Virus record (IMG/VR): IMGVR_UViG_3300031994_000001
Span: 55,799-119,798 of that record
Origin: a virus
Taxonomy: Duplodnaviria > Heunggongvirae > Uroviricota > Caudoviricetes
DNA length: 64,000 nucleotides
Reading direction: 5' to 3' (one strand)
The notes under the pieces were generated by a model, which saw only the letters and a program-made list of their open reading frames with translations, was not told the origin of the DNA and ran no database searches. How positions within the stretch are numbered: the stretch's first letter is position 1; every line of letters begins with the position of its first letter. Position numbers and translations under genes: made by a program. This document shows positions 9,122 through 18,357 of the stretch, in pieces.

Positions 9122-9631
9122 ATGAAAATACTAAACCTGCGGCAATTCAATGAAAAACTTAACATAAAACCCATAACAAAGAATAGAATTGATATGGGGT
9201 TCGTCAAGCCGTGCCATACAGTGAAGGAAATGCGTGGAAATATGGTCACGGGGGACATCGCCGTCATAGACATTGTTTATGTGATTGACGGAAAAGAAGT
9301 GGTTTGGGAACACGACAGAAGGACAGAGACATATATATCATACGAGGATATTGACAATGAAACGTACAATGCAATGCTTGATATGGATTATTTGGTTTTG
9401 AGGTCGGAAGAAATGAAAGAGGGCGCGTTCATTTCATTTTGGCGTTCAGATTTGTCATTTGCCCATTCTTTTATGTCCAATTTTGATGATGAATTTGTTT
9501 ACACAACAGATACATTTAAATTCAAAATAATTGAAATACGCAGAATACCGAAATTGGAACTCCCCCTTACATTGGATTACTTCAAGAAACCCCCTATTGA
9601 GAAATCGGTTATCGTTTGGAAAAGAAAATAA
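9122..9631 (+). CDS. Leader-family protein, TGDI domain
   Basis: MKILNLRQFNEKLNIKPITKNRI; EMRGNMVTGDIA; ends DYFKKPP..VWKRK. Confidence 0.8.
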   Translation: MKILNLRQFNEKLNIKPITKNRIDMGFVKPCHTVKEMRGNMVTGDIAVIDIVYVIDGKEVVWEHDRRTETYISYEDIDNETYNAMLDMDYLVLRSEEMKEGAFISFWRSDLSFAHSFMSNFDDEFVYTTDTFKFKIIEIRRIPKLELPLTLDYFKKPPIEKSVIVWKRK

Positions 9632-9739
9632 TGATATGTAAATATTGAAATGTTTGGACTCCGCAAAAGCCATAGGCAAAGAAACGACTATTGAACTTGA
9701 AGTCTTATAAATATTACAAGACTAAAAGGGATAATTCCG

Positions 9740-9973
9740 ATGAATATAGACGATTTATGCAGGCAGATTGCCAAGACGCTCAAAATGCCGAGCGAGTATC
9801 ACATAGCGGCTGTCTTTTCGGACAACGACAGTGACGAGGTAATAGGTTGGTGCATTTTGGACAGCGAAAACAACATACTGTCCGAAATGATACAGACGGA
9901 AAACCTCCCGAATTGGGAATCCTACATATTGGAATTTAATGATATTGATTATGACACGCCTTTTGTTATATAG
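9740..9973 (+). CDS. Small acidic hypothetical protein
   Basis: ORF preceded by TATAAATA (9706-9713). Confidence 0.55.
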   Translation: MNIDDLCRQIAKTLKMPSEYHIAAVFSDNDSDEVIGWCILDSENNILSEMIQTENLPNWESYILEFNDIDYDTPFVI

Positions 9974-9982
9974 GGCGTTTGT

Positions 9983-10567
9983 TTAAAAAAGGTTGTGTAT
10001 TTTTACTTTACTGTTCAACATATCTTTGCGCATATCTTCTATATTTTTTAAAAGTTCATCATATCCTTGTATTTTTACACCTATGTATTTGTGGCAATAA
10101 CTCCATCTTGACAGTCTGTTTTTGTAGTTCGGGTCTCCAACTTCACGTGTTTTGTGATTGTATGGCGTGGCTTCCCAATACGGTGAATTGTCTCTATATA
10201 TTCCAAGCGCAGGGTTTGCTGTTTTCGTGTATATCACATATCCTGCGTTTGAAAAAATGCCTCCGATGAAGTTTGTCATTTTGACACCTATTCCAAGACC
10301 TTGAAAATCTGGTATGACTACTGTCCTGCTTATTGAGCAACTTTCGGGCAAGCCTTTTCTTGGCGCATTTAAAACACCACAGAATCCTACAATTTTGTTT
10401 TCCCAATAAAATATGAAGCATTTTGCCGACTTGTTCAGTTCAGAAGTCAGATAATGATGCTTGTCAAATCCTATTTCAGTCCAAGCGGAAGATTCCACCC
10501 TTTGCACATATAACTTAATGTCGGCTTTTCCGAATTTTTCTTTATCAACCAAATGCACGTATATCAT
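9983..10567 (-). CDS. GNAT-fold acetyltransferase (partner of ABC-type ATPase)
   Basis: FDKHHYL and RTVVIPDFQGLGIG acetyl-CoA binding motif; 4-nt overlap with ATPase gene. Confidence 0.75.
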   Translation of the reverse strand: MIYVHLVDKEKFGKADIKLYVQRVESSAWTEIGFDKHHYLTSELNKSAKCFIFYWENKIVGFCGVLNAPRKGLPESCSISRTVVIPDFQGLGIGVKMTNFIGGIFSNAGYVIYTKTANPALGIYRDNSPYWEATPYNHKTREVGDPNYKNRLSRWSYCHKYIGVKIQGYDELLKNIEDMRKDMLNSKVKIHNLF

Positions 10568-11637
10568 AACACAACCTTTATATCTGACAGTTCGCTTTTT
10601 GAATCAATGTTTTTGTATGTTGAGTAGTCTTTGTCGTCCAAATATATCTGCCATTCCATCCGAACATTTCCGTCAATCTGCTTGTTGAGGTTATAAATCC
10701 AATCGGGTTTCAACCATTCTATAATGTCATAGTGACAACTTGCGATAATTATCTGAAAATTCTGTTTGCGTATATTTTTCTGCAATGTGTATGACATAGC
10801 CTTTGCCACATCACGATTGACAACAGATGTAAATTCATCAACAAGTATTATACTGTTGTCTGTTGCGTTTGCGATTTGCCAAGCAATATCAAGTCGCGCC
10901 TTTTCACCGAATGACAATTCATTTGGTTTACGAAGCCATACGGGTACACTTGACAGACCCACGCTTGTGAACAATACGCAAACCTCATTCGGCTCTAATT
11001 TTGGGAATTGGCTTATTATTGATTTTTCAAAATCATATACGGGTTTTTTCACACCCCCAAATTTTTTCAAAATTGTTGACTTTCCGCTTCCGCTTGAACC
11101 TACGATAAGACCTATGTTCCATTCACGATAATCCAAATCATTGAAATTGAACGGTATATTGACACAAGTTTTTTGTTTGTCTTGTATGTCAAACGCCTCA
11201 TACACATATCTTGTATATTTGTCATTGTTTGTTGTACTTTCCAACAATATGTTTGAATTGACGTATTTTTTTGAAACATTGTTTTTGTTTTCAAATAATC
11301 CAAGGTCAACAAGCAACTCTTTCATTTTCGGAGAGGCGTATGCGTAGTAGTCGGCAATCTTCGCGTAATTGTAAACCGTGTGGCGTTGCGCCGCGTTGAG
11401 CAGGAACGCCTTTTCGTCATCGCGAATGTCGCTGTTCTTTATCTCCTTCACAAGTTCGTTTGTCTTGGTTTTGTCAATCAGTTCCGATATCTTCGGCTTG
11501 ACATTCTTCGGTTCGTAGATAGGCACGTCTATCTTCGCCGTGTATTTATCATTTTCAAGCGAATCTTGTATGAGTTCGTCTTTGCTTTTTTCGTCTTCGC
11601 CGAACAATGCGTGCGGCTTCTTTGTGTCTTTGCTCAT
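10564..11637 (-). CDS. ABC-type ATPase with unrelated N-terminal domain
   Basis: Walker A GSSGSGKST, LSFGEKAR signature, Walker B ILVDEF; start moved to MSKDTKK. Confidence 0.8.
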   Translation of the reverse strand: MSKDTKKPHALFGEDEKSKDELIQDSLENDKYTAKIDVPIYEPKNVKPKISELIDKTKTNELVKEIKNSDIRDDEKAFLLNAAQRHTVYNYAKIADYYAYASPKMKELLVDLGLFENKNNVSKKYVNSNILLESTTNNDKYTRYVYEAFDIQDKQKTCVNIPFNFNDLDYREWNIGLIVGSSGSGKSTILKKFGGVKKPVYDFEKSIISQFPKLEPNEVCVLFTSVGLSSVPVWLRKPNELSFGEKARLDIAWQIANATDNSIILVDEFTSVVNRDVAKAMSYTLQKNIRKQNFQIIIASCHYDIIEWLKPDWIYNLNKQIDGNVRMEWQIYLDDKDYSTYKNIDSKSELSDIKVVL

Positions 11638-11662
11638 ATTCTGACAATAATCGTTACATACT

Positions 11663-11684
11663 AATATAATAAAAAATTCGGATT
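11663..11684 (-). promoter_or_regulatory. Motif-2 element AATCCGAATTTTTTATTATATT
   Basis: Recurs at ~30305, ~44923, ~46549 and ~62789. Confidence 0.45.
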
Positions 11685-11727
11685 TTCGCCACACATTTAT
11701 ATAAGATATATATGTGCGGCAGTCGGC

Positions 11728-11800
11728 TGTTGATAACTTTGTTGATAACTTTTTTTAAAAAAGATGTCGTGCGTATAAAAAATTTTGTATTTTTGCAGCG
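11728..11800 (+). promoter_or_regulatory. Conserved early promoter copy 1 (TGTTGATAAC x2 ... TATTTTTGC)
   Basis: One of six near-identical copies; TAnnTTTG Bacteroidetes -7 element at 11788-11795. Confidence 0.8.
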
Positions 11801-11820
11801 TAATCAAAAACAGTAACGAT

Positions 11821-12390
11821 ATGAAAGAACAGTTGACAGCCGAACAGCAACAGAGAATCCAAGAGGTTGAATCTTGGTACAACAAGGAACTCAACCAAAT
11901 CAACGAGCGCAGACAGTACCGTATGCAGAACTACTACAACTGCGTTGACGACTATTCCTACGGCGGTCTGTGCGACAAAGCGGACGACCAATCTGAACGC
12001 AGAATCGAAACGACTCTCAAATTGCGGATTGAGGAAATCAAGAAAGGCAAGATTGTCCGTGAAATCTCCCATTGGGAACTTCAAGACCTTGCAGGCAACA
12101 CAGTGTCGGTTAGACCGATTCTCGGTCGCTTCGGTCACTATTTTCCCGTGAACGGCGGCTATGTGAACATTCCGAAGCGTATGTCAACCGTTGAACGCAA
12201 GGGTTACAAGATTGTCAAGCGCACGGTCACGTTTGAACTCTTGTTCGGCGGATTCCTCTCCAACGGCTGCGTGAAGTGGAAGTCAATCAACCGCACGGGC
12301 GAGACGGTAACGGAATCCTGCGACTACGACTACGGCGAGCAAATGCGCTATGAGGCTGTCAAATATCAAGAGGAATTTGTCAGAAAATAG
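11821..12390 (+). CDS. Hypothetical early protein
   Basis: ATG 11821 just downstream of promoter; strong coding-like codon usage. Confidence 0.75.
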   Translation: MKEQLTAEQQQRIQEVESWYNKELNQINERRQYRMQNYYNCVDDYSYGGLCDKADDQSERRIETTLKLRIEEIKKGKIVREISHWELQDLAGNTVSVRPILGRFGHYFPVNGGYVNIPKRMSTVERKGYKIVKRTVTFELLFGGFLSNGCVKWKSINRTGETVTESCDYDYGEQMRYEAVKYQEEFVRK

Positions 12391-12426
12391 TTTCTTTTTC
12401 ATACCCTTTAATTTTTTAGTTAAACG

Positions 12427-12458
12427 AGAAAAGCACCCGAATCGGGTGCTTTTCTTTT
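12427..12458. terminator. Bidirectional terminator between convergent genes
   Basis: AGAAAAGCACCCGA-A-TCGGGTGCTTTTCT inverted repeat with T run. Confidence 0.85.
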
Positions 12459-12784
12459 TAGAGTTTCGGTATGTTGAGTTTCGGCATACTCGGCATTTTC
12501 ATATTGCTTTGTGCCTGCCTCATCATACTGTTTCCCATCTTCATAGGGTCGCTCATATTTGAAGCCTCTTGCTGCTTGTCTTGTTCCTCTTTCCTTTCCT
12601 TCAGTATCTTTTCGTATTCCTCCAACGTTATCTCGTACTCCCAATACTGCATATTGTCAATTTCAGAGGGTTGGATATGCAACTGCTCCATAAGCAGAAC
12701 CCTACTCCTCAAGAAGTTCGTCAAATCTATCTGAAATAGTCGGAACAAATAGAGACTTGAATCCTCCTCTGACTTCTGTTCCAT
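12458..12784 (-). CDS. Baseplate hub assembly protein, T4 gp51-like (start uncertain)
   Basis: LTNFLRSRVLLMEQLHIQPSEIDNMQYWEYEI resembles gp51-family motif; follows gp26-like gene. Confidence 0.6.
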   Translation of the reverse strand: MEQKSEEDSSLYLFRLFQIDLTNFLRSRVLLMEQLHIQPSEIDNMQYWEYEITLEEYEKILKERKEEQDKQQEASNMSDPMKMGNSMMRQAQSNMKMPSMPKLNIPKL

Positions 12785-13778
12785 CGTCCGATACGCTTTG
12801 AAACATAACGGGGACTTCCATATCCCCTCCGCAAGATTCGCAAGTCACGTGAATGTTAGGACTCATACCGACCGTGGCGTTCATTTTTTCCACGAATCTG
12901 TAAATGAGCGTGTACTTCGTAGTGTCCCAATTCTCGAACTCGGTAGCCATATTGAAAATGTCCTTGTCTTTCAACTGTCTCCATTCGCGTCTGAAGAAAG
13001 GAATCATTTGGACGAGGGATTGTTCCCACTCCTTTTGGTTCTGCGTTCTTTTGATAGCCCAATCCCTCACGAATGTCGTGACACCGATTGTAGGCGGCGC
13101 GATTTGGATTGTGCCGTAGTGTTTCGTGCGGATGCTGTAACACTTGTTGTCGGGGTCGTAGTATTTCTCCAACTGCGGGTCGGGTTCGGGGCGTTCAAGC
13201 ATATCTGCGGTCAAACGCACCTCTTTCTGCGGGTGACAGCCTGGGGTCTTGCACGCGCCATCGGGAATCGGGATGTTGATGACCGTCTCGCCGTTCTTGA
13301 ATGTGAGTTCTTGGATTTTCTTGATGAGGTAGAAACGGTCGTGTTCGAGAATGTCCTTATAGGAGCCAGGCATATTGCCGAACATAACCTTCGTGCATTG
13401 TGACAGAATGTAGTTCATTTTGTCAATAATGTCGTTGGGGTTGCTCTCATCCATCTGCGAGTATTCGCGGATTTCACCGACACGGCAGGCGCGGATATGC
13501 ACTTCGAAGTCGTCACGGTAGAAACGACCTTGTGACGGGAATCCTGCGAGCGGCAGATGTATGAAGTTCACGAGTTGGTTCATTTTCGCAATCTGCGGGT
13601 CGTTGTTCAGTTCCTCGCGGCTCATAGGCTTGTTGATACCCATAGGGTTCTCAACCCTGCCCAAGTCTGTGACAACGGGTCTTTGTTCGGGGGCTTCGTT
13701 GGCAGGTTCTGCTGCGCCGCCCTCTCCAAACTCACGAAGCAAATTAGCCTCGTATTCTTTGTCTGTTTTATTGTCCAT
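12702..13778 (-). CDS. Baseplate hub subunit / tail assembly protein, T4 gp26-like
   Basis: LPSxG-like LAGFPSQGRFY, IRACRVGEIR, DRFYLI, C-terminal CESCG ... FKSLF. Confidence 0.6.
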   Translation of the reverse strand: MDNKTDKEYEANLLREFGEGGAAEPANEAPEQRPVVTDLGRVENPMGINKPMSREELNNDPQIAKMNQLVNFIHLPLAGFPSQGRFYRDDFEVHIRACRVGEIREYSQMDESNPNDIIDKMNYILSQCTKVMFGNMPGSYKDILEHDRFYLIKKIQELTFKNGETVINIPIPDGACKTPGCHPQKEVRLTADMLERPEPDPQLEKYYDPDNKCYSIRTKHYGTIQIAPPTIGVTTFVRDWAIKRTQNQKEWEQSLVQMIPFFRREWRQLKDKDIFNMATEFENWDTTKYTLIYRFVEKMNATVGMSPNIHVTCESCGGDMEVPVMFQSVSDDGTEVRGGFKSLFVPTISDRFDELLEE

Positions 13779-13798
13779 ATTATTTTTCGGTTAAATTG

Positions 13799-14008
13799 TT
13801 AAACTAATTCGAGTTTCTTGTAATTGGTTTCGAGGCTTTCCATCAGATACCCCGACACGTTCTTGCCGTTTTGGAGTATGCTTTCGTAAATCTCCTTCGG
13901 AACATTGAGGTACTTGTTGACCGAGCCGTCATTGTATTTTATGACGAGTTCCTTCAGCACTTCCGAATAGGTTATGCTCGTTACCGTTTTTGCGGAATCT
14001 ATTAACAT
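13799..14008 (-). CDS. KTSC-domain protein
   Basis: SITYSEVLKELVIKYNDGSVNKYLNVPKEIYESI matches KTSC pattern. Confidence 0.75.
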   Translation of the reverse strand: MLIDSAKTVTSITYSEVLKELVIKYNDGSVNKYLNVPKEIYESILQNGKNVSGYLMESLETNYKKLELV

Positions 14009-15144
14009 AGCGACAGTTTTATTTTCCTTGATTCAACGTCAATGAAGTTGATTTTCACCTTAACGTGGTCTCCGATTTTGATTGTGTTGTTCAGCGGCAG
14101 CGTGCCGATGACATTGTAGGTGAGTTGGACGAGCATAAAGTTCTTTGTCGTGCTGATTACGCAGCCGTCAAGGATTGTGTTCTGCTTGAACTCCTTGGCG
14201 ATTTTGGTATTCCAAAGTTCCTTGGTGTACCAATTCTGCGTAAGCATAAACTGACCGTTCTGCTCGAAGTCAACAAAGAATTTGACGGGGGTTTTCTCAA
14301 TCTCAATCTCGTTGTTGTTGAACATATTTCGGGTTTCCTCGTCCATATCGGAATAAAGCAGTTTGCCCGCGAGACTTCCGTTGAACACAACAAGCACGTA
14401 GTCGTGCTTCTTCATTGTGATTATGCCCTCGTACTCGGTGCTTCTGTCCTCGTCCATAACGGTCTTGATTGCTGCGGGTCGTATGATGTCAAGGAACGCC
14501 GTGTGTGACACGACAACCATATCCCTGCTTCTGTTGTACATTGTCGGGATAACCATACGCTCCTCTCCGAGTATGGAGGTGTAATCGTTGAGACGGTAGA
14601 ACGAAGCCGTAGAGCCTGGCAGGAAGCACCTAACGCCTTGTATGCTGACATAGTACCCGCCGTTGACACACTCTTCGATTTTAGCCGCGTATGCGTGCGA
14701 TGTGTCGTGGGATAATGCGGCGGCAATCAGTTCGGACTTTGCTGACAGTTTCAGCGAATCCTTGATTGAGATGTTGATGCCGTTCTTCATATTGGCTGCA
14801 ACTGAAATCTTGTACTTCACACCCTCGTCAAACGTGTTCACGACTTCCTCCGATTCTTCCTCAACGGACATTTGGTAGTCGTATTTCTTGTTCAACTGAA
14901 TGTTCAGTTTGCCGTCTTTCTTCTCAACGATTGTGTTGTCAATAAGTCGGCTCTGCTTTGAACGCTCAAAGTCGGAAATGCTTTCAATGTCAGACCCTCC
15001 GAGCGATGCACGGTAACGGTTGATACATTCCAATACGTAAGGTTCTTTTGAGATGATTTTTTCGCCGTTCTCGCACGGCACATTGATAATTTGTTCATCA
15101 AGCGGATTCTCCGCGTTGTGTACTTTAACTTTTTGAATAATCAT
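14002..15144 (-). CDS. S1/OB-fold repeat protein (ribosomal protein S1-like)
   Basis: AKIEECVNGGYYVSIQGVRCFLPGS ... MVVVSHTAFL; third repeat GDHVKVKINFIDVESRKIKLSL. Confidence 0.75.
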   Translation of the reverse strand: MIIQKVKVHNAENPLDEQIINVPCENGEKIISKEPYVLECINRYRASLGGSDIESISDFERSKQSRLIDNTIVEKKDGKLNIQLNKKYDYQMSVEEESEEVVNTFDEGVKYKISVAANMKNGINISIKDSLKLSAKSELIAAALSHDTSHAYAAKIEECVNGGYYVSIQGVRCFLPGSTASFYRLNDYTSILGEERMVIPTMYNRSRDMVVVSHTAFLDIIRPAAIKTVMDEDRSTEYEGIITMKKHDYVLVVFNGSLAGKLLYSDMDEETRNMFNNNEIEIEKTPVKFFVDFEQNGQFMLTQNWYTKELWNTKIAKEFKQNTILDGCVISTTKNFMLVQLTYNVIGTLPLNNTIKIGDHVKVKINFIDVESRKIKLSLC

Positions 15145-15188
15145 CAATTTAGGTTTTAGATGGTTAGTAATAGGTTTATTTTTCTTTT

Positions 15189-15318
15189 TATTTATACACG
15201 GGATTCCTCGGTTCGGTTTCGGGTTGCCGACCGCCGTTCCGACTGTTTCCGTAATTTATTTATAATCCTGCTTTTTCGACTTTTTTGCGCCAATCCGTTG
15301 GCGTTGGCGGTATAAATA
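15189..15318. promoter_or_regulatory. Divergent late promoters (TATAAATA minus at 15189-15196 and 15257-15264; plus at 15311-15318)
   Basis: Exact consensus boxes between divergent S1-like and LRR genes. Confidence 0.65.
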
Positions 15319-15334
15319 CTAAAATTGTTTTTAT

Positions 15335-16195
15335 ATGGAAATACTGAAATCCGAACAATATATAAACGAGAAACTGAACATACAGCCCGTATCAAAGAAT
15401 AGGCTTTCTGATTGGAACAATGACAGACTTGAGAGTTTGAAAGAACCGCAAGTTGATAAATTGGCTATGGATTTTATAAGAGACTATAATTTGAAATGGA
15501 ACACAGCCACGGGTGGATATGATTCTTTCGGTGATGTCAAAGTTGATACAAGAATTATAGAAAATGGTAAATTGACAATAAAATTCGGTCATATACAAGG
15601 CAACTTTGCTGTTGAGTATAAAAATATCATTTCACTTAAAGGTTCACCGATAAAAGTTGACGGAAATTTCTATTGTGTCAACAACAAAATCGAATCATTG
15701 GTGTATTCACCAAAGGAAGTCGGCGGAAATTTTATTTGCAATAATAACAAATTGAAAAACCTTAATTGTTTACCAAAAAAAATAGGAGGTGGCATTCAAG
15801 TTCTATATAATGAACTTGAATCACTTGAAGGCGCACCAAATAAAGTCAATGGAACTTTTAATTGTAACCATAATAAGCCATTGAAAACTCTTGCAGGCGC
15901 ACCGCAAAAGGTAGGAAAAGGTTTTGGCTGTGAAGACTGCAATCTCATCTCGCTTAAAGGCGCACCGCAGGAAGTCGGTGGTGATTTTGATTGCAGCGAC
16001 AATAAATTAACTTCATTGGACGGCGCACCGCTAAAAATAGGTGGGATGTTTAGATGCAATGGCAACATTTTGAAATCAATCGAATGTGAAACACAAGAGG
16101 TTCTTGGAAATTTTGTGTGTATAAACAATAAAGACAAAGACCTTGTTTTACCAAAACGAAAGCCAAGTTGGATAAAAGGAAGAATAATAGAATAA
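15335..16195 (+). CDS. Leader-family LRR-like solenoid protein (~8 repeats)
   Basis: MEILKSEQYINEKLNIQPVSKNRL; ~22-aa GAPxxVGGxFxCxxNxLxSL repeats; C-cap LVLPKRKPSWIKG. Confidence 0.85.
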   Translation: MEILKSEQYINEKLNIQPVSKNRLSDWNNDRLESLKEPQVDKLAMDFIRDYNLKWNTATGGYDSFGDVKVDTRIIENGKLTIKFGHIQGNFAVEYKNIISLKGSPIKVDGNFYCVNNKIESLVYSPKEVGGNFICNNNKLKNLNCLPKKIGGGIQVLYNELESLEGAPNKVNGTFNCNHNKPLKTLAGAPQKVGKGFGCEDCNLISLKGAPQEVGGDFDCSDNKLTSLDGAPLKIGGMFRCNGNILKSIECETQEVLGNFVCINNKDKDLVLPKRKPSWIKGRIIE

Positions 16196-16198
16196 ATT

Positions 16199-17626
16199 AT
16201 GGAAATACTGAAAGCAGACAAATACATATCGGAAAAATTGAACATTAAGCCCGTCACAACAGATAGACTTGTTGATTGGGTTAAAGTAAAGGATTTTATA
16301 AAGAAAAACAATCTCAAATGGAATCCTACAACAAAAAGGTATGATTGTGAGGGAAATGTTAAAGTGTATGGCAATCTGATAAAAGATGGAAAATTTATAA
16401 TTAAGTTTGGTCGTGTAAAAGGTGATTTCAATTGTAGTCACAATCAATTGTCATCACTTATTGGCGCACCCGAATATGTAAGTGGAGATTTCAATTGTTC
16501 GTTCAACAAACTCGAAACACTTGAAGGCGCACCGCAGGAAGTCGTTGATGATTTTTATTGTGATTGCAACGAACTTGTATCATTGATGGGCGCACCAAAG
16601 AGCATAGGGGGTGATTTTTGCTGTGAAAATAATCCAAAACTTACAACTCTTAATGGCGCACCGCAAACAGTTGGCGGTGGTTTTGATTGCAGCAACTGTG
16701 GACTTAAAAACCTCGTTGGTTCACCACAAACAGTTGACGCTGATTTTAATTGCAAAAAGAATAAACTTGAATCACTTGAAGGCGCACCGCAAACAATAGG
16801 TGGTAAATTTGATTGTACCGAAAACAACTTGGAATCTCTTGTCGGCGCACCACAAACAGTAGGTGGCGATTTTGATTGCAGCGACAATAAATTGACATCG
16901 CTTAATGGCGCACCGAAAATTGTAAAAAAAGTATTTGCTTGCTGCAATAACAATCTGACAACAATCAATGACGCACCGCCAAGCGCACTGAACTATTATT
17001 ATTACGGAAACCCGATAACCGAAAAATTGAACATTAAGCCCGTTTCAAAGGATAGGCTTGGCTCTTTTTCAAAAGAACCCGAAGTTGATGATAAAACAAA
17101 ACAATTTATAAAAGACAACAATCTCGTATGGAATCCAGTTACACGAAACTACGATTGTAACGGAAATGTAAAAGTTAATAGCGATATCGTTGAAGACGGA
17201 AGGCTTACTATCAGATTCGGTTATGTAAAAGGAAATTTTAATTGTGCCTACATAGGACTCGAAACACTTGACGGTGTACCGAATAAGGTCGGCGGATATT
17301 TCGCCTGCAATGGAAATCATCTTACTTCGTTGAATTATGCGCCGAAGGAAGTTGGCGGTTATTTCGATTGCAAAAACAACAAACTTGTGTCACTCGAAGG
17401 CTCACCGAAAACAGTTGGAGACCATTTCACTTGCAGCAGTAATTTCATAGAATCGCTCAAAGGCGCACCGCAAAAAGTTGGAAAGTATTTCGCCTGCGCA
17501 AGCAACTATTTGAAATCCCTTGATAACGCCCCGCAGGAAGTCGGCGGAGACTTTTATTGTTCCGACAATCCACAACTTGTACTGCCGAAAGAAAAGCCAA
17601 GTTGGATAAAGGGCGATTTGATTTAA
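16199..17626 (+). CDS. Leader-family LRR-like protein, two complete units (~9 + ~5 repeats) joined by internal leader
   Basis: MEILKADKYISEKLNIKPVTTDRL; internal PITEKLNIKPVSKDRL followed by a second N-cap. Confidence 0.85.
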   Translation: MEILKADKYISEKLNIKPVTTDRLVDWVKVKDFIKKNNLKWNPTTKRYDCEGNVKVYGNLIKDGKFIIKFGRVKGDFNCSHNQLSSLIGAPEYVSGDFNCSFNKLETLEGAPQEVVDDFYCDCNELVSLMGAPKSIGGDFCCENNPKLTTLNGAPQTVGGGFDCSNCGLKNLVGSPQTVDADFNCKKNKLESLEGAPQTIGGKFDCTENNLESLVGAPQTVGGDFDCSDNKLTSLNGAPKIVKKVFACCNNNLTTINDAPPSALNYYYYGNPITEKLNIKPVSKDRLGSFSKEPEVDDKTKQFIKDNNLVWNPVTRNYDCNGNVKVNSDIVEDGRLTIRFGYVKGNFNCAYIGLETLDGVPNKVGGYFACNGNHLTSLNYAPKEVGGYFDCKNNKLVSLEGSPKTVGDHFTCSSNFIESLKGAPQKVGKYFACASNYLKSLDNAPQEVGGDFYCSDNPQLVLPKEKPSWIKGDLI

Positions 17627-17665
17627 TCACCAACGTGATTTGCCAAAACTCTCAAAATCCTCTCA

Positions 17666-17673
17666 TATAAATA
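17666..17673 (+). promoter_or_regulatory. Late promoter TATAAATA upstream of tail tube gene
   Basis: Exact consensus. Confidence 0.7.
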
Positions 17674-17721
17674 ATATACGGTACAATGTATATTGTGCCT
17701 TTGAAAAATATTGAAAACATT

Positions 17722-18282
17722 ATGGCATTACCGCATTATAGTAATTCTATCGCAAGTACACAGCACTACGAACCCGTCTATAAGGCGTTGTTTGAAGTTA
17801 CTATATTCCCGCCTGCCGCTATAAACTTTGACCAAGCATTGTTGCTCCAACACGTTAAAAGTATCGGCGGTCTTGACGGATTGAACCCTGCCGTGACAAC
17901 GACAGAGCAGAAGTTCAAACAAGCGACCCGTTCATACGCGGGATTCCCAGAGAAGACGACATTGGATTTGGCTATGGTGTTCACTATGAACCTCAACCAC
18001 TCCAACGAGAACTACATCTACACGGCATTGAGAAGATGGTGCAACATCATTTGGAATCCGCTGAATGGTGCAAGTGGAATGAAAAAGGATTATGTCGGAA
18101 GTATGATTATCGTCCAATTCAACCGTGACGGTAGTATCTACCGTAAAATCATCTGCAAGGACGCTTTCCCGATGGGACAACTCCAAGTTGGTGACACTCT
18201 TGATTACAGCGATGCCGAGGCTGCTGAAGCGCAACTCTCTTTCCGTTGCGACTATTGGGACGAACAAATCGTTGGCATCTAA
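17722..18282 (+). CDS. gp19: Tail tube protein, T4 gp19-like
   Basis: LFEVTI, W...IWNPLNGASGMKKDY, DAFP, LDYSD, FRCDYW motifs; start likely MALPHY. Confidence 0.85.
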   Translation: MALPHYSNSIASTQHYEPVYKALFEVTIFPPAAINFDQALLLQHVKSIGGLDGLNPAVTTTEQKFKQATRSYAGFPEKTTLDLAMVFTMNLNHSNENYIYTALRRWCNIIWNPLNGASGMKKDYVGSMIIVQFNRDGSIYRKIICKDAFPMGQLQVGDTLDYSDAEAAEAQLSFRCDYWDEQIVGI

Positions 18283-18300
18283 TCCGAGAATCGGAAAAAC

Positions 18301-18339
18301 AAAAAACCCCGCACACAGAAGTATGCGGGGTTTTCTTTT
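18301..18339. terminator. Terminator after tail tube (bidirectional)
   Basis: AAAACCCCGCA...TGCGGGGTTTT hairpin plus T run. Confidence 0.85.
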
Positions 18340-18357
18340 ATATGGGTTATATATGAG

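Noticed and set aside
11785-11820. Recurring MYFC(S/G)V N-termini in track ORFs 11785, 28832 and 48216
   Set aside because: Artefact of translating the conserved promoter (TTGTATTTTTGC) from a TTG; true starts are the downstream ATGs
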